A stretch of 64,000 nucleotides of DNA from Octopus vulgaris (Eukaryota): contig OX597820.1 of assembly GCA_951406725.2 (NCBI GenBank), forward strand, positions 23,312,001 through 23,376,000, given 5' to 3'. Below, one piece after another: positions 26,502 to 40,451 of the stretch; the stretch's first letter is position 1; every line of letters starts with the position of its first letter. The position numbers were made by a program, and so were the translations under genes. The notes beneath the pieces are model-generated. The model saw nothing but the letters and a program-made list of their open reading frames with translations, was not told where the DNA came from and searched no databases.

Positions 26502-26812
26502 ATGGAGGCGCAATGGCCCAGTGGTTAGGGCAGTGGACTCGTGGTCGTAGGATCGCGGTTTCGATTCCCAGACTGGGCGTTGTCAGTGTTTCTTAAGCGA
26601 AAACACCAGAAGCTCCACGAGGCTCCGGCAGGGGGTGGTGGTGATTCCTGCTGTACTTTTCACCACAACTTTCTCTCACTCTTTCTTCTGTTGGCCTGCT
26701 CGCTTAGCCAGTGGGGTGGTGTCATTTGAAGGCTAAAACAATGCGAAGCGCATTGTGACCAGTGATGTGTAGCAACATCTGATAACCTGGTCGGTCACGT
26801 GATCATGTGATA
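26502..26812 (+). mobile_element. tRNA-derived SINE family B with RTE-like tail
   Basis: Pol III A box (tggcccagtgg) and B-box-like (ggtttcgattccc) head; tail ggtcggtcacgtgatcatgtgata. Confidence 0.88.
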
Positions 26813-26989
26813 TACATATATAATTCTGAGAAGGTAAGATTAAAAAAGCACTCCATCTGGAGAGGAGGATTTTGAGATGACACCAGACATGTTATAAAAT
26901 GCAATCTGAGTTGTTTCCATCACCTGAAACAATTAATAGTTCATAAAAATATATACTGTGTTTATTAAATAATGTGAGTGTGTGTGAAT

Positions 26990-27300
26990 GTGAAGGTGGA
27001 TGGCTTAGTGGTTAGGGTATTCAGCTCATGACAGTGAGGTTGTGAGTTTGAATCCCAGCAGTGTGTTGTGTCCTTGAGCAAGACATTTCCTTTCATGTTG
27101 CTCCAGTCCACTCAGTTGGCAAAAATTAATTATGTCCATCATTCAAAATGCCAGCCTTGTTATATAGTGTCTCGCTGAATCTTCCAGAGAGCTACATCAA
27201 AGAAACGTGTATCTGTGGAGTGCTCAGCCACTTGCATGTTGGCTGTTCCATTGATCAGATCAGCTGGAACACTTGTCATCATAACTGATGGAGGGCCAGT
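26990..27300 (+). mobile_element. tRNA-derived SINE family C
   Basis: tggcttagtggttagggt head and gtgtccttgagcaagacattt core; tail as at 10810-10990. Confidence 0.8.
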
Positions 27301-27700
27301 ATAAATATATTGTGTGTGTCGAGATAAGATAGTTTCTGCATGTTTATGTGCTTGTAATGTAATTAATTTCTTTTAATAAAGGCACAAGACTAATTTTTGT
27401 GGGGAGCGTGAATGTATATAAATCAAACTAATGCTAAATATTTTGCCAGTCAGAAACAAATTTATCGCCTGACGCAGAAGGATTTGAACTAAGATGTGTG
27501 TGTGTGAGAGAGAGAGAGAGTGAGTGTATAATTAAGTTATTTGTTCCTAAACACTGTAATTTTTATGAGATCAACAATGTTAAGGAAAGTCATATTTGAC
27601 ACGATAGTGTCAACAGGATAATTGATAATATGCTGGTTCATATTCCATCACTGCTACAGAGAGAAAGTCTGGGTGTCATCACATACACACGTGTGTGTGT

Positions 27701-27931
27701 TTAACCCTTTAGCATTCAGATTACACAGTCAAATGTAATGTTTATTTATTCACATTGTTTTGAATTAATTATGCATCATCTTGTACATTCAAAGCTTTGA
27801 TGATGTGATTGCTTATTTTCAAAATGATATTGTAGAGTAGGTAGGTATGAGAGACTGGATCTGCCAGCTTGAACATAAAACATGGAAAATATTTGGGCCA
27901 AATATGCCCAGTTTAAATGCTAAAGGGTTTA
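27701..27931. mobile_element. piggyBac-type MITE (TTAA TSD, CCCTTTAGCATT TIR)
   Basis: ttaa|ccctttagcatt ... aatgctaaaggg|ttta; copies at 9815-9980 (reversed), 20060-20241, 47490-47722, 54807-55246 (tandem), 57401-57620, 58227-58452. Confidence 0.88.
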
Positions 27932-28846
27932 TACTAATAGCAAGAAAAATGAATAAAAGAATCACAACTAGTCAGAGTACGAAAGAGTGAACAGTTTGTC
28001 TGTTGTCACTGGTGTGACCTGGTTTGAGTCTCCAACTTGTCCACAAATCTATAAACACATTCTGGCTCTAACCACCAATCTCTGAACAAGAAGTACAACT
28101 CAACACTGCAAGTTTTGGTAATTGTCAGAGGTCTAAAGAGACAGCAGGCTCACACTTGACAAGTTACTTGAAATTTCATCAGAATAGTAATCCTGAAGGA
28201 GTCAATCCTTCTCTCTCTCTCTCCTTCTCCAGACAAGCAGAGTTAAATACCTTGACTAAGAATCCACTGCTTTTGAGCTAAGAGTCCAAATATTTGATTC
28301 ACTTCCATAATTTATTAATGATTTCTATATATCTATGAATAATAATTTTAATTCATTACAGCCTTTACAAGAAGCTGTAATATATTGAACTGAAGCCACT
28401 AAACCACTGACATGCATTACATTAAGTGGATTAAAAGATAAATTCAACTGGTGTTAAAAACCCAGAAACAGGGGTCTCCAAACAAAATATTATAAGGTAC
28501 CTAGTCTAGACTGGCATGGTACCATGTACAAGGCATTCATATACTAGTTTTACTACTATTGCTGTCCCCTAAATAAGATTTTGTTAGTAACAACATAAAC
28601 TTTCAAACTGAGATCAACAATTCAAAATGAAAAGGCATAAAGCAAATTTGGAAAAGGCATAAAGCAAATTTGAATAAACATTTTACAACAATAGCTTCAA
28701 TTAATACAAAAACGCCCAATTTTCAACATGTTCCTGTATACTAAGATGTGTTTATAAAAATAGAATTCTTAAAAAAAGGAAGATACAATATGAATATTTG
28801 AAATGATAAATTGAAGAATAAATATTTTTGAAACACATACACACAC

Positions 28847-28880
<34 letters not shown>

Positions 28881-29730
28881 AGTGTGTGAAGGTGGATTAT
28901 GCAATATATACACACATGTACATACACATGCATACATACAATATTTATACACACACACACACACATACTGGGTGCCCACAATCTTTGTAGGCCCTTCTAG
29001 ACCAGCATGATTGATGCCATCAATGTTCTTGAACTTTTGTAAGGCAACACTTGTGGTAAAAACATGAGCATATGAACGGGGAGGGAACGTCAGAAAGCTA
29101 ATGGTTTGGGAAGGAAGGACTGAGTGTATAGTGTGCATGTGTGTGTGTATAAGTGCATGCGCATGTCCATACACAATGATTGAAAATGGGTAGGTGGAAA
29201 CTGTAAAGAAGCCTACCTTATGGACTGCAATTATATATATTTACCTGTAATTCAAAAGGTACAGTCTTGTCGTACGCAGTGTCACACTGATTCTGTCTAA
29301 GATATATGTTAAGGCTACACATGAAAGTGGAATACTCAGTCACTTATATGCTCATCGTTGAAACCAACTAAGAATCGCTGACACACACGTGTCTATGCAT
29401 GTATATACATACATTCATTTCTACAACTGCTTTGATATGGATATCAGTGTGTGTGCATGCACACATGTGCACACGCACACACACAGAATTGCATAGAATA
29501 TTTTTTTAAAAATTGTCTTCAGCATTAGTGGAATGGTCAAGAAAAATATTTTAAGATAAAGTATCATTTACAAAATCACCCAGTGGCAGCATTAAGGTGC
29601 ATAACTTTTCTCCTTTCTTTCATAAAAATATCAACATAAATATCAGTGGCTCATGCAGTCTGCATTATAAATTTAGTAGATATGAGATCTGAGTTACTAA
29701 GAAGGGGGGAAAAAATCACATTTAGTTTAA

Positions 29731-29786
<56 letters not shown>

Positions 29787-30740
29787 GAGAGCGAAAGAAT
29801 ATTAAAAAAATATCCAACCACTGAAGTAAATGACCATCTCCAAAGAAAAGAAGATCAGTGTTATCCTTGCTTTTTAACATTAATATTTTAATAAACTAAA
29901 TTCGGCACAATGTATATACTAAAGTTCAAAAACACATGAATTTATATACATTGTTCTTATAATTCATGTTGTCTGACTAGGTGTGTGTGTGTGTGTGTAT
30001 GTGTAATGTACACACACACACACACACATAGATAGATACACAGAGACGTGCACACACACACACACATATATATATAGGGCCAACTGTGGATGAAGAGGAA
30101 GTAAAAATAAACTTAAGTAGCCCAGTCTTCTCTCTTCATTATATTAATGTACTTGGTCTATTGACCCTGGAAGTTGACTGATGGAATTTGAACAGAGGTC
30201 AAAAAGGGTCAAATTTAGATATTGATAAATACTAAAAATAGTTTAGTGCCATGCTTGTATTCTGCCAATTCATTACCATTCTTACTGCCATGATAATCAG
30301 AACAATTAGAAGTTTAAACTTTTCATGGTCATATTTCTAGCTTTTCCCAAAATCATTTTGAAAATACTCAAGAATTTGGAGTGATTTAAGTAAAATAATT
30401 GTTGTCTGTTGTTACCAAGTTGGTTTAGAACATAAATGGCCAAATTATTCTCCTATAAAATTATGATATAAAGCTTTAATCTAAATATGAACATGTTAAA
30501 ATGAACAATTTCATATCACAGGACTAAATATAGTCCAAATTTGTTTCAAGGGAGTCACTAAACTTCTTTCTCTTTGACTAGTCTGGTTGCTTCCTTGTTG
30601 AATTCATGAAAAGAATTAGTGAAATTAAACCAACTTGTCTTTATCAAGAAAATAGTGATACCATACGTACCAGTTTTATCAATTTCTTAGAGCACATGTA
30701 CCAATTTTTTAAATGTGCTTATTATAGTACAAGGACTAAC

Positions 30741-30951
30741 TTAACCCTTTCGTTACCAACCCGGCTGAAACCGGCTCTGGCTCTGTGTACAAATGTCTTG
30801 TTTTCATATGTGTTGAATTAAAATCTTCTACCAAACCTTAGTCACAATTTATGTGAATAACTAAGTTATTTTACTAAATTCTTTGTTATATTTAAAGTAA
30901 TTGTAATAAAGACAGAGCATCTCAAAATAAATAAAGTAATGAAAGGGTTAA
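30741..30951. mobile_element. Second piggyBac-type MITE
   Basis: ttaa|ccctttcgttac ... gtaatgaaaggg|ttaa. Confidence 0.85.
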
Positions 30952-33043
30952 AAAGAAGTCATACTGCTTTAGTGAATGTGGCAGTGACCACTCATTTTAA
31001 GAGTCACGAGTTCAATTCTAACTAAGTCCAATCTAGAAACAACAGTCTGTAGGAACAGAAAGAGAGCAATTCCAATGTTGAAATTAAGTCTATATGCTTC
31101 TTTCTGAACAGCATCATAGCATTGAAAATGTTGTAAGAGACATTGAAATCCCAATGATCCTGATATCATCTGCAATAGTTTCTTTCTCATTGCATGCCCC
31201 ACAAACTTAAGAGAGGACTTGAAACTTGAACGCAACCTTCTAAGCAACGGAAACACTTGATTATTTAGTGCTTCCACTTATCTACAGTGATAAACTTGAC
31301 ATATGAATGGAGACCAGTATTCTGTAGCCTTAACTGAAACAGCAAGAGTTATGTGTCTTTGACCAGAACACAACACAGGTGGTGATGAGATAAAAAAAAA
31401 AAACTGTCCATCTCTTTAAACTAGCAAGCAATCCAATGTATCAAACTGACTTGACCAGCAGTGATGCTCTTACATGATAATAAACTATCAAAGTTTAGGG
31501 CATGATCTCAGCTTATGTACAGAGGCATCCACATTATATTTAACTTGAATGAATTGTGAATGTAAAACACATTTAGTGCTTGTAAAAATTTATTCCTCCT
31601 TTACCTTTCAAATTTACTCCTATAAAACATAAAATAGGTCTGCTCTCCAACAATGGACAATTGAAAATAAAATGATAAATACTGTTATAAAATATATTGC
31701 ATTGCTTTGAATATTTGCTGTTATCCTATACAGAGTTCCTTCAACAGAACACAAACATCAACAAATATATAAAGGCATTGTTGGTTGCTTCAGAGGATGA
31801 TAAATAAGAGGTAGTATTATTTCAGTAATGAAACTAAATATGTTCATTATTATTTTTGTGGCAACTGAATATTATTTTCTGAAGCTAAAATGATATGTAT
31901 TATATAATATTAACATCGTGTGTTGTGTGAGAACATAGTTAATACACTGGAATTACACTTAGCATGGTAAAAAAGAGCAGTAACTGCATAATATTAAGCT
32001 TCATTATCACTAAAATACTATTCTGGGGTTGGTGCAATTGGCTTACCCCTCCCATCAAAATTCTAGGCTTTGTGCCTGTAGTAGAAAGAGTTATCACTAA
32101 AATGTTGAATAAAATGAGTGAAGACTGCATAAAATTCTGGCCCCCTTTAGCTTTATGTAGGAAGTAATTGATATGTCTTCTATTATTGGCATGTTATGTA
32201 ATAAGTCATAGTAAAAGAATATTCCACAGAAATGGAAAGACAACCTGACAGCTTTGTATATAATAGAATAGTGGGATAGTTGATAAAGAAAATACGCTTC
32301 AGAATTATCTATCACACATCCCTCTTTCTCTCTATAATGTTTCTCTTTTGTTTCTTTTATTTATTCAGTTTTTTTTATATAAATATATAAAAACTATATG
32401 TTTCTATCTCTTTTAAAAATATTTTTGTTTTGAACAAAGTAATAGTAAAAATGATAAAACTCTGACATTAGGAAAACAAACGAAGAAACAAGTCATTATA
32501 TATCATTATGTTGCAAATATATGCATATGTACATACATATAAAAGGAAAATACGAAATGATATAAATAAAAAGTAAAATAAATAGCAGGAAATAAGAAAA
32601 GGGTCTATTAAAAATACTTGCAGTGAAAGACAACCTGAGAGTTTATAAAGGTTGAAAGCAAACACCCATAAACATATTGGTAGTTTTGCCTTCTCTCATT
32701 CTTTTCCTTTTTTTTTTTGTTTGTTTTTGTTGAAACCATTATTTTCAAAGACAGAAAAACTTGAACAAAGAAGAACCAGAAGAATGGGGTGAGTGGGAAA
32801 GGAATATTGAATAATTGGAAGAGTCAAATTCCTTGTTGTAGACTAGATCAGAATTAAGTGGTGAAGTAGACATCTGTTAAGACATCTCATGGTGATCATC
32901 ATTATCATGATCACCATTATAGTTGTTCTGAACATACATATCACCCTTGTTCTCTCTTAGACTTTTCCTTTTTTTTTTTTTTTTTTTGACAGATGTCTTA
33001 CACCATGAAATACTTCAACTGTTTTGCTGCTGTATAAAAGCTA

Positions 33044-33102
33044 CTAGTTCTGTTGTTGTTCTTGAATATAGGGTCCATCACCATCTGGGAGCACTGGTAC
33101 AA
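33044..33102 (-). CDS. A1CF: Terminal coding exon (I)VPVLPDGDGPYIQEQQQN*
   Basis: Strong acceptor tatcttttcttatcacag; the phase-1 frame ends in tandem TAG TAG; followed by U/A-rich UTR-like sequence. Confidence 0.72.
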
Positions 33103-36100
33103 CTGTGATAAGAAAAGATAAAAACCATGAAAATACATACAGACTGATTGTTCGTTAAATGACAATTTTCAACTTCCTGTCTTTACTTACTCATTGTAAT
33201 GGAGTCGAAATATAAATGAAAAACATGCAAACAAGAAAAATTGAGCAATATCCAATATAAAGAATCTTTCATAATTCAATCTAAGTAAACTAGCTCATTT
33301 TCTTCTCCAGCATTTAAAGTCAGCCACAAATTTACTCCAATCTCTCTCTCTCTCTATCGCCCCCTGAATGTGTGTGTTTGTGTGTGTTTTTTGATATCAC
33401 GAAAGGCATCCAGCCATAGAAACCATGTGAAAATAGACAATGGAACTTGGTGTAACCTTGCAGCATGCCAGTTCTTGCCAAGTCGTCCAACCCATGCCAG
33501 CACGGAAAGTGGACGTTAAATAATGATCATATCTTATGCATAAGAGTGGCCTTGTGGTTAAGTTTGCTTCCTAACAGTGGCCAGCACCTTGGGCAAGTGT
33601 CTTCTACAGCCCCAGTCTGACCAGAGTCTTGTGAGTGGATTTGTCAGTGTAAAAATGAAATATGTGTTGCATGTCTGTGTACCCTTGTCTAGACATCGCA
33701 TGATATCTAGCACTGGAGAAGAAATATTACCTTGCTTGGAAAAAGGGTAGGGTTGACAAGATGAAGGGCATCTGACCATAGAAAATCTGCCCCATCTCTG
33801 TTTGATCCATGCATGAAAAAGTGCATGTTAAATGATGATGATGATATGTATATTGCCATCACTCTCATTACTCAGCCCCACCAGCCAATCTCATTGCTTA
33901 CGGCTACACTGGACCACTTGCACCCAGTTCATTCCACCTTCACACTCACCTCTTTTAATACCTGCCATCATCCTGTGTCACTCAGTCTACCAGCATACTC
34001 TTATTTTGCTGCTCTCACACATCCTGAGCATTGGTCATTGCTCTATTCCCTTGGCCACAAAAACCATCATTCACTTACTTTTTTAGTCATATTGTCTTGT
34101 GTGTGTATATATATATATATATATACACACCTCTAAATATACTGCATACTCTTATCTCTCCCACCACTCTCATTCATGCATCTATTCTCCATGCTTCTCA
34201 CTCTGTAAAGAGACTGGCAAACAAGCAAAAATGTGAGGTTTCTTTTAGTTGTGTTGAAGTCATGGCTACCTCTTTAGAATAAAAAGAGCACCCCATATGC
34301 TCTGTAAAGTAGTTGATATTAGGAAGGACATCAAGTGAAAGAAAACAAGCTGTGAATGAAACATGAGCGAGATGAGGTATCCCAACACATCTAGGTGAAC
34401 AGCTCACTTCCAAGGTCATGCTGACTTAGCATGTACTTGGCAACCCATCTAACCCATGTCAGCGTGGAAAGTGGGCACTGAACAATGGTGATGCATACAT
34501 ATGTATGGTGTATATGTGTATGTGCAAATACAGATATGTGCAGGCACACACACACAGATATTTCATATATGCACACAAAACTGAGGAACAATATAAATTG
34601 TATTAATAGGAATGATGTAATGTTAGCAATTTGTTAGTTTTACCAAAAGCAAACAAAATTTCCTAGACACTACATGCATGCATACAAGTGTGTGTGTGTG
34701 TTTGTGCATACATGTGTTTGTGTGTATATATTGAATTTTTCGTAATAAAGTTTAATAATACTTTTGTTCTTCTGTTTTAATTGCTGATGACTCTAAAATT
34801 AGTTGCCTTTTCTAAACTGTTAAGTGAAGTAGCTCACTTATAAATGAGCATATGTTATTAAATTAAACTGTTAGTAGCAAAAATATTTATTAAAAAGTTC
34901 AAGTAGCTTTAAAAAACCATTTAAATGAAATGACATGTCTTCACATGTAGAGGTGAGAAGAGCACCCAAGAAAATTTCACATGTTTCTACAGATTGTTAA
35001 TAAAACAAAACAAAAACATAATCAGATTCTTTAATAAATAAAACATTTAAAATAGGAAGCCAGCCAAAAAAAGATATATGCTTTGATAATGCAATGATTA
35101 TCTGACAAAGTGATCTGGTTATTTTGTTCTATTATGTAATATATTAATAAGCAAATAAATTACCATACAATGGAAACATATGTAACATCATAAAATATAG
35201 ATTCCATTGATATGCATTTTACTCTGCAACAAATATACATAATCTTGTTACACACATTGGATTTACAGAATACTTGATATCATAAATTAATCAGTTATTA
35301 TTTCATTAATTGTATTATCAATTGGTTGATTGCTAGGTAGTATCGTTGGTATTCCTTTAGAATACACTGACAACCAAAATACTTGCAAGAAGAGCTACAG
35401 AGTTAATTGCTTAGATCATAAAAGATCCCTACGATTTATATATATATATATGAGGTGTTTTTGAAATGTTGATAAATACACCAACATTAAGCTTTCTAAA
35501 AAATTACTGAGCAGTTTTCATAAAGCAGTGAGTTAATGGAAAATTGATAAAGAGGAATGTGGAGGAGTGGAGAAGGTTTGAAGAAAAAAAGGGGGTAAAA
35601 TAAGAAAAGAGTTTAAAAGTAATCTTACTCTGTGTGTTGTTTTGTTGAGACACCTTTCCTGAAGTTGGATCATGTACTATAGGTATAGGTACCGGAGACA
35701 ACACTGCAGTTGTTGTTATATTAGAAGGAAGGTGGTGATGGTGATGGTGATGTTCTGTGTGAGGAATTACTCCATTGGGGTGCAAAATTGCTCCTGCTGC
35801 TATTGGACGGCTCTGATAGAAAGTGCCATCATAAGGGTATAGTGTCGGTGCTATAGTTAAATAAGGCATCTCCATACCTACAGCAATCGGAAACAGCAAT
35901 CTATTTTAAATCTTGCAATTGATCAATACATTTGCTAAACTCCAATCAGTGCTAAAATATCAACACTATCGTTCAACTATTTCTTTTGTATGCAATAAAT
36001 CAGAGAATTCTCTAATTAGAAAAAGGCCTTCAATTAATTTTAAACTATATTCTCATCAAGACACAGGGATGGCTGTATGGGTACAGAGTTCACTCTGTTA

Positions 36101-39100
36101 CCATAAGGTCTATAGTTTAGTCCTTCAGCATGGCACCTTGGCCAAGTGTTTTCTACTGTAGCTTCAGGTCAATCAATGTCATGTGAGATTAGTAACTTGA
36201 AGATCCACCCACCACACACGATAGACTGGCGGTTGCATGGGCGCGAAAGCTACATTGTTATCCTCATTCAGTAAACGGTGGCTTTTAACAGGTGGAGAGC
36301 TGAACCATCCTGGGATACAGAGGATTCGCAATCTAGACTAGGGTCTGAAAGTTTACCACACCATAGTGGGTTACACCATGGTTCCTCTGCTTTGTGGCAG
36401 AAGTAGGAAGAAAGAGAGAGAGAAAGTTGTGGTGAAAGAGTACAGCAGGGTTCAACCCACACCCCACCCCACCCCACCCCAAGGTGTTTTTGCTCAATAA
36501 ACACTCACAATGCCTGGTCTGGGAATCGAAACCGCATTCTTACTACCGCAAGTCCGCTGCCTTAACCACTGGGCCATTGCACCTCCACTCATGTTGGTGT
36601 TGTCATTACTGTTGCTAGTTAGTATCGTCATTATGTTTTGACTTCTAAGTTTGTCTCCATACAGCATCACGTTATCATCTGTAAAGTCTAAAATTTCTAA
36701 AATTTAAACCTCAGCTTTATCCCATAATAACGATAACTTTGTTTTGATTGGCATTTTAAAAATAAACAAAATAAAAATTATCAGAAAGAAAAAAAAAAAA
36801 CCGAAAAAGTAACAGGGTTATATTAATGAACAACAAAGATGGTTAACAACAAAAACAACATGTAACAGGTTCAATATTAACAGTATTAGTGAATAAACTA
36901 AGAGGAATGGCAATTGTTGAGCTCTGTCCAAGTGAAAGCTGAACAGATTGTCACACAATACCCCATGTGATTCATGACTGTATGTTGGAGTGTGCAGTAT
37001 GGTTCTCAAGTCAAGCAAAAGCAGGTAGGTCGTGTTCAGTCATTTGGATGACAACCTGAATGTATCTGAACGACTGAGGACGACACTCAGATTATCTCAA
37101 ATACCTGACATCTGCTTCTTTACAACTGACTTGAGGCTGCACATTGAAAGCAAGAACAAGTGCTGCCTCAAAAACATTAACAAATAATACAACAAAAGCA
37201 GCAAAATGCTAACATTATACATAGAATATCTGCAAAATTTTTTACAAGTTTTACATATTTCAAAATACATTGATACTTCAAATGATATGCGAATCCAGAG
37301 TATATTGGAAGCAAGGTGGGCATTTATTTAGCTTTCTCTGTAAGAATATTTCTTAATACAACAATATTTAAGGCAGCAAGCTGGCAGAATCATTAGCATG
37401 CTGGGCAAAATGCTTTGCAAGCATTTCACCGTCTTTACGTTCTGAGTTCAAATTCCACTGATGTTGACTCTTTCATCCTTCCAGGATCAATAAAATAAGT
37501 ACTAACTGAGCACTGGTCTCATCATTTATTGCAAGCCCACTCATCGTTATGGAGTAAGAAAATTTCCTTGTAACTGAATAAGAAAAATATCTACTTAATC
37601 TTTTTCTTGCAGCCTAAATCAGAACCAGCATTTAATCTCTATGGCAGAGGTTACCAACAGGAACTCTGTGATCTATAAGTGGTTTATTGAAGTGTTTATT
37701 GGACCTCAGACCTTTTCTAAAAAAGATTTCCAATTTAATATATTTGTGGGCCACTGAGTAACTGATGGCTTTTAGATAGTCTTTTGTATCATAATTTCTT
37801 TAACTTTTGCTTACATAAAACATTTCTAGTGACAGAAATGAGGTGAAGATAAATGGGATATTTTTAAATGCATCTCGTGATATGGTATACATAGGGACCA
37901 TGGGAAATGAAAGGGGGGAAAACCCTTTCCAAAAGTGGGCCATTACAGAAAGAAGTTGTTGGTCCCTGTTCTATGGGAAAGGTGATCAAAAATATTTAAA
38001 AGCTCTTATTTGAGGCTGACTGTAAGAGTAGTCCCCCGTGCGACCCATGCTTTTGTGGGTCCCCATAGAATATTGAGACCAACACTAGACTGCAGATCAT
38101 TTGTAAATTATATATTGCTTTTGCACTCTTTACAGCAGTGTACTTTGCTTATACACAGTACCAGTTAGAGTTTAAGTGACTTGGTTATGAATACAGTGCA
38201 GTTTCTTCAACATGACATAAAACACTGACTCATTTGTTTAAAGATGTTGGTAGTAAGTCTCATTTTCAGATATGTACAAATTCATATATATTATATATAA
38301 TAAATACGCTTTTGAACATAAAACCCATACATATGTTTAAGTGACCTAAAACTTATAACTATTAATCGTTGCTATCTGCAAGTCTGAATACATGTCAACA
38401 TTCAATATAATAGTAATATACCAATAAAAATAAAATATATCAAAAGAAATAAAATATCTTTCCGATAAAGTAAACATTAACAATGGCAGCATTCGACAGG
38501 TAATAAATTAATATGAACACATTAGCTATTGAAAAACACTGCGACTTTCAGTTATTTTCTTCCATAGAAAAAGAACTATGTAGGATACAGAGAGGAGAAA
38601 GGATTCTCTATGTGGTCATTCAGCCTGTAAGAAACAGCAACCAAATCTCCCTCAAATCACAGGATAAAAGAATGCATTTGATAATGTGGTTCATTATACT
38701 AAGAAAACAGATAAAATGGCCTTGGCTGGAAAATTTAGAAATAGCAACTTAATTTCCCCCAAATTGTAGAAAAGAACACGTTGGATAATGTAGTCCAGGG
38801 TTTATTATGCGAAGGAAAAAGACAGGATGATCACAAGTGGAATGCCTTTGATCACAGATCCACTTGATCCAGGCTAACCTGGGGTTAAACAACAACAACT
38901 GGTAATTTAGGTGTAAACACCATAAAGCATTGTTGTATGATTCATTTAAGAAAAAAATTATTATCCTTTATGTTTTAATTGGATATTATATAGTCTTGTA
39001 TTTTAACTAATTTAATCAGGTGTGGCTGTGTGGTTAAGAAGCTCACTTTGCAAATACATAGTTTCAAGTTCAGTCCCAGTGTGTGGCACCTTGGCCAAGT

Positions 39101-39401
39101 GTCTACTACTATAGCTCTGGGACGACTAATGCCTTTTGAGTAAATTCGGTAGATGGAAACTGTGGGGAAGCACATAGTGAAGAGGATGTCTTGGATCAAC
39201 ACTGTCATTACATTTGATGGGCTATTATAAGCGTGTATAGGTGTAGGAGTGGCTGTGTGGTAAGTAGCTTGCTTATGAACTACATGGTTCTGGGTTCAGT
39301 CCCACTGTGTGGCACCTTGAGCAAGTGACTTCTACTATAGCATCGGGCCAACCAAAGCCTTGTGAGTAGATTTGGTAGACGGAAACTGAAAGAAGCCCAT
39401 C

Positions 39402-39442
<41 letters not shown>

Positions 39443-39559
39443 TAAGGAAAAATTTTTTAAAATGCAGAATGCTCAAATGAAAGAAACTGCATTTTTAAAA
39501 AATTTTTCCTTACTTATCATTTCTCCACGTGCGGTCAACACAACCCCACCATTTATTGA

Positions 39560-39600
<41 letters not shown>

Positions 39601-40404
39601 GTATGAGTGTGTGTATATATTTGTGTCTGTCCCCCCAACATTGCTTGACAACCGATGCTGGTGTGTTAACATCTCCATAACTTAGCAGATCAGCAAAAGA
39701 GACTGATAGAATAAGTACTAGGCTTACAAAGAATAAGTCCTGGGGTTGATGTGCTCGACTAAAAGCGGTGCTCTAGCATGGCCACAGTCAAATGACTGAA
39801 ACAAGTAAAAGAGTATCTGTATGTATGTATGCATGCGTGTGTGTGCACTTGTGTTTGTTCCCCCTTTCCATCACTTGACAACTAGTGCAGGTTTGTTTGT
39901 GTCCCCAATAACTTAGTGATTTGGCAAAAGAGGCCAACAGAATAAGTACTAAACTTAAAAAAGAAACAAGTACTGAGGTCCATCCGTTTGGCTAGACCCT
40001 TCAAGACAGAGCTACAGCATGGCAGCAGTCCAATGGCTAAAACAAGTAAAAGAATGCCACTTGTCATCGTTTATCAATTTACATTTGCTTTTCAAGCTGA
40101 CATAGGTTGGAAGGCACATCACAGTCTGAGTTGTATTTTATTTGGGAGTTACTGCTCTCCTACACAGTTTGAAGGACACTGTCCCATTCATGTGCTTCAT
40201 TCTTCTTTTTTTTCTTTTTTAATTTTTTTCTGGCATTGCTTCTATGGTTGAATACCCAAACACCAACCATTTCACAAGAGTGTACTAAATGACAGCTTAG
40301 CTTAAAACACAAAATGAATAACAACTGAACTTGTAATCTATAACTACCACCACGCCTAATTTTGTCCAATGGTTAGCTATAGAATCTAGAATGTGTTGAG
40401 ATAA

Positions 40405-40451
<47 letters not shown>

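Noticed and set aside
26502-26580. tRNA gene (also 61941, 62788 and others)
   Set aside because: The tRNA-like A/B boxes run into multi-copy SINE bodies, and no complete cloverleaf is evident.
30969-31277. 102-aa minus-strand ORF as an additional exon
   Set aside because: It lies past the stop codon with no family similarity; LKFVGHAMR hints at a decayed LINE instead.
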